Shown here piece by piece: positions 63,555 through 64,000 of a DNA stretch of 64,000 nt. Position numbers and translations under genes: made by a program. Each line of letters begins with the position of its first letter. Position 1 is the stretch's first letter. Origin of the DNA: Leucoraja ocellata. Taxonomy: Eukaryota. Location: NCBI GenBank assembly GCA_036785375.1, contig JAWMAR010000531.1:806001-870000 (forward strand), read 5' to 3'. The notes beneath the pieces are model-generated. The model did no database searches, was not told the DNA's origin, and worked only from the letters and a program-made list of their open reading frames with translations.

Positions 63555-64000
63555 GAGGTCTTTTCGCTGATGATATCATTATTTTTCTTGAACGTCCAGA
63601 TATATATCTCCAAAATGTAATGAACCTATTTGAAACAAATGGATACTACTCAGGGTATAAACTGAATATAACAAAAACACAAATTATTTCATTCAATTAT
63701 TCTCCATCCAAACAAATCAGAGATGCATATAAGCTGGAATGGAATTCTAAAACGATGCAGTATCTTGGTGTAACTATAACCAAAACACTTTCCAACTCGT
63801 TTGAAACTAATTATAACAAAATTGAAGAAAACATCAAAAATGATGTTGAAAGGTGGTCGACCCTTCCTCCAGACTTCAGTGCCACAATCCAAACGGTAAA
63901 AATGAATATCCTACCTAAACTACTATATTTATTCCAATCTCTCCCAATTAAAGTCCCCCGAGATAAATCCATAGCCTGGGATAAAATGATCTCTAGATTC
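63555..64000 (+). mobile_element. L1-like LINE RT fragment (runs off window)
   Basis: Hand translation [10 protein letters not shown]...[12 protein letters not shown]...YLGV...[17 protein letters not shown]. Confidence 0.85.

Overview
Vertebrate, repeat-rich genomic DNA, almost certainly a cartilaginous fish and probably a skate or ray (inferred from the germline-joined lambda/type II Ig light chain and the repeat landscape). The window has three layers. (1) The last coding exon of RPLP0 at 2518-2664. (2) A head-to-tail tandem duplication of about 25 kb (copy A ~2238-26899, copy B ~26900-53105). Each copy carries the RPLP0 last exon and a five-coding-exon, minus-strand gene that I reconstructed by hand from splice sites and phases. 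It encodes a single V-J-type Ig domain receptor: leader+V, stalk+TM, and three cytoplasmic exons. Copy A (275 aa) has an uncharged TM and a long tail with YxN, ITSM and ITIM-like tyrosine motifs. Copy B has gained an Arg at the outer edge of the TM and an 8-nt deletion that truncates the tail, which is the architecture of an inhibitory/activating paired-receptor set. Copy B also has a 1-nt leader frameshift, so it may instead be a pseudogene. (3) A complete germline-joined Ig lambda light-chain gene (L, VJ, C; 58608-61841) with an octamer promoter. The remainder is CR1, Rex1/Babar-like, L1/Tx1-like and Penelope retroelements, MITEs, microsatellites and two assembly gaps.
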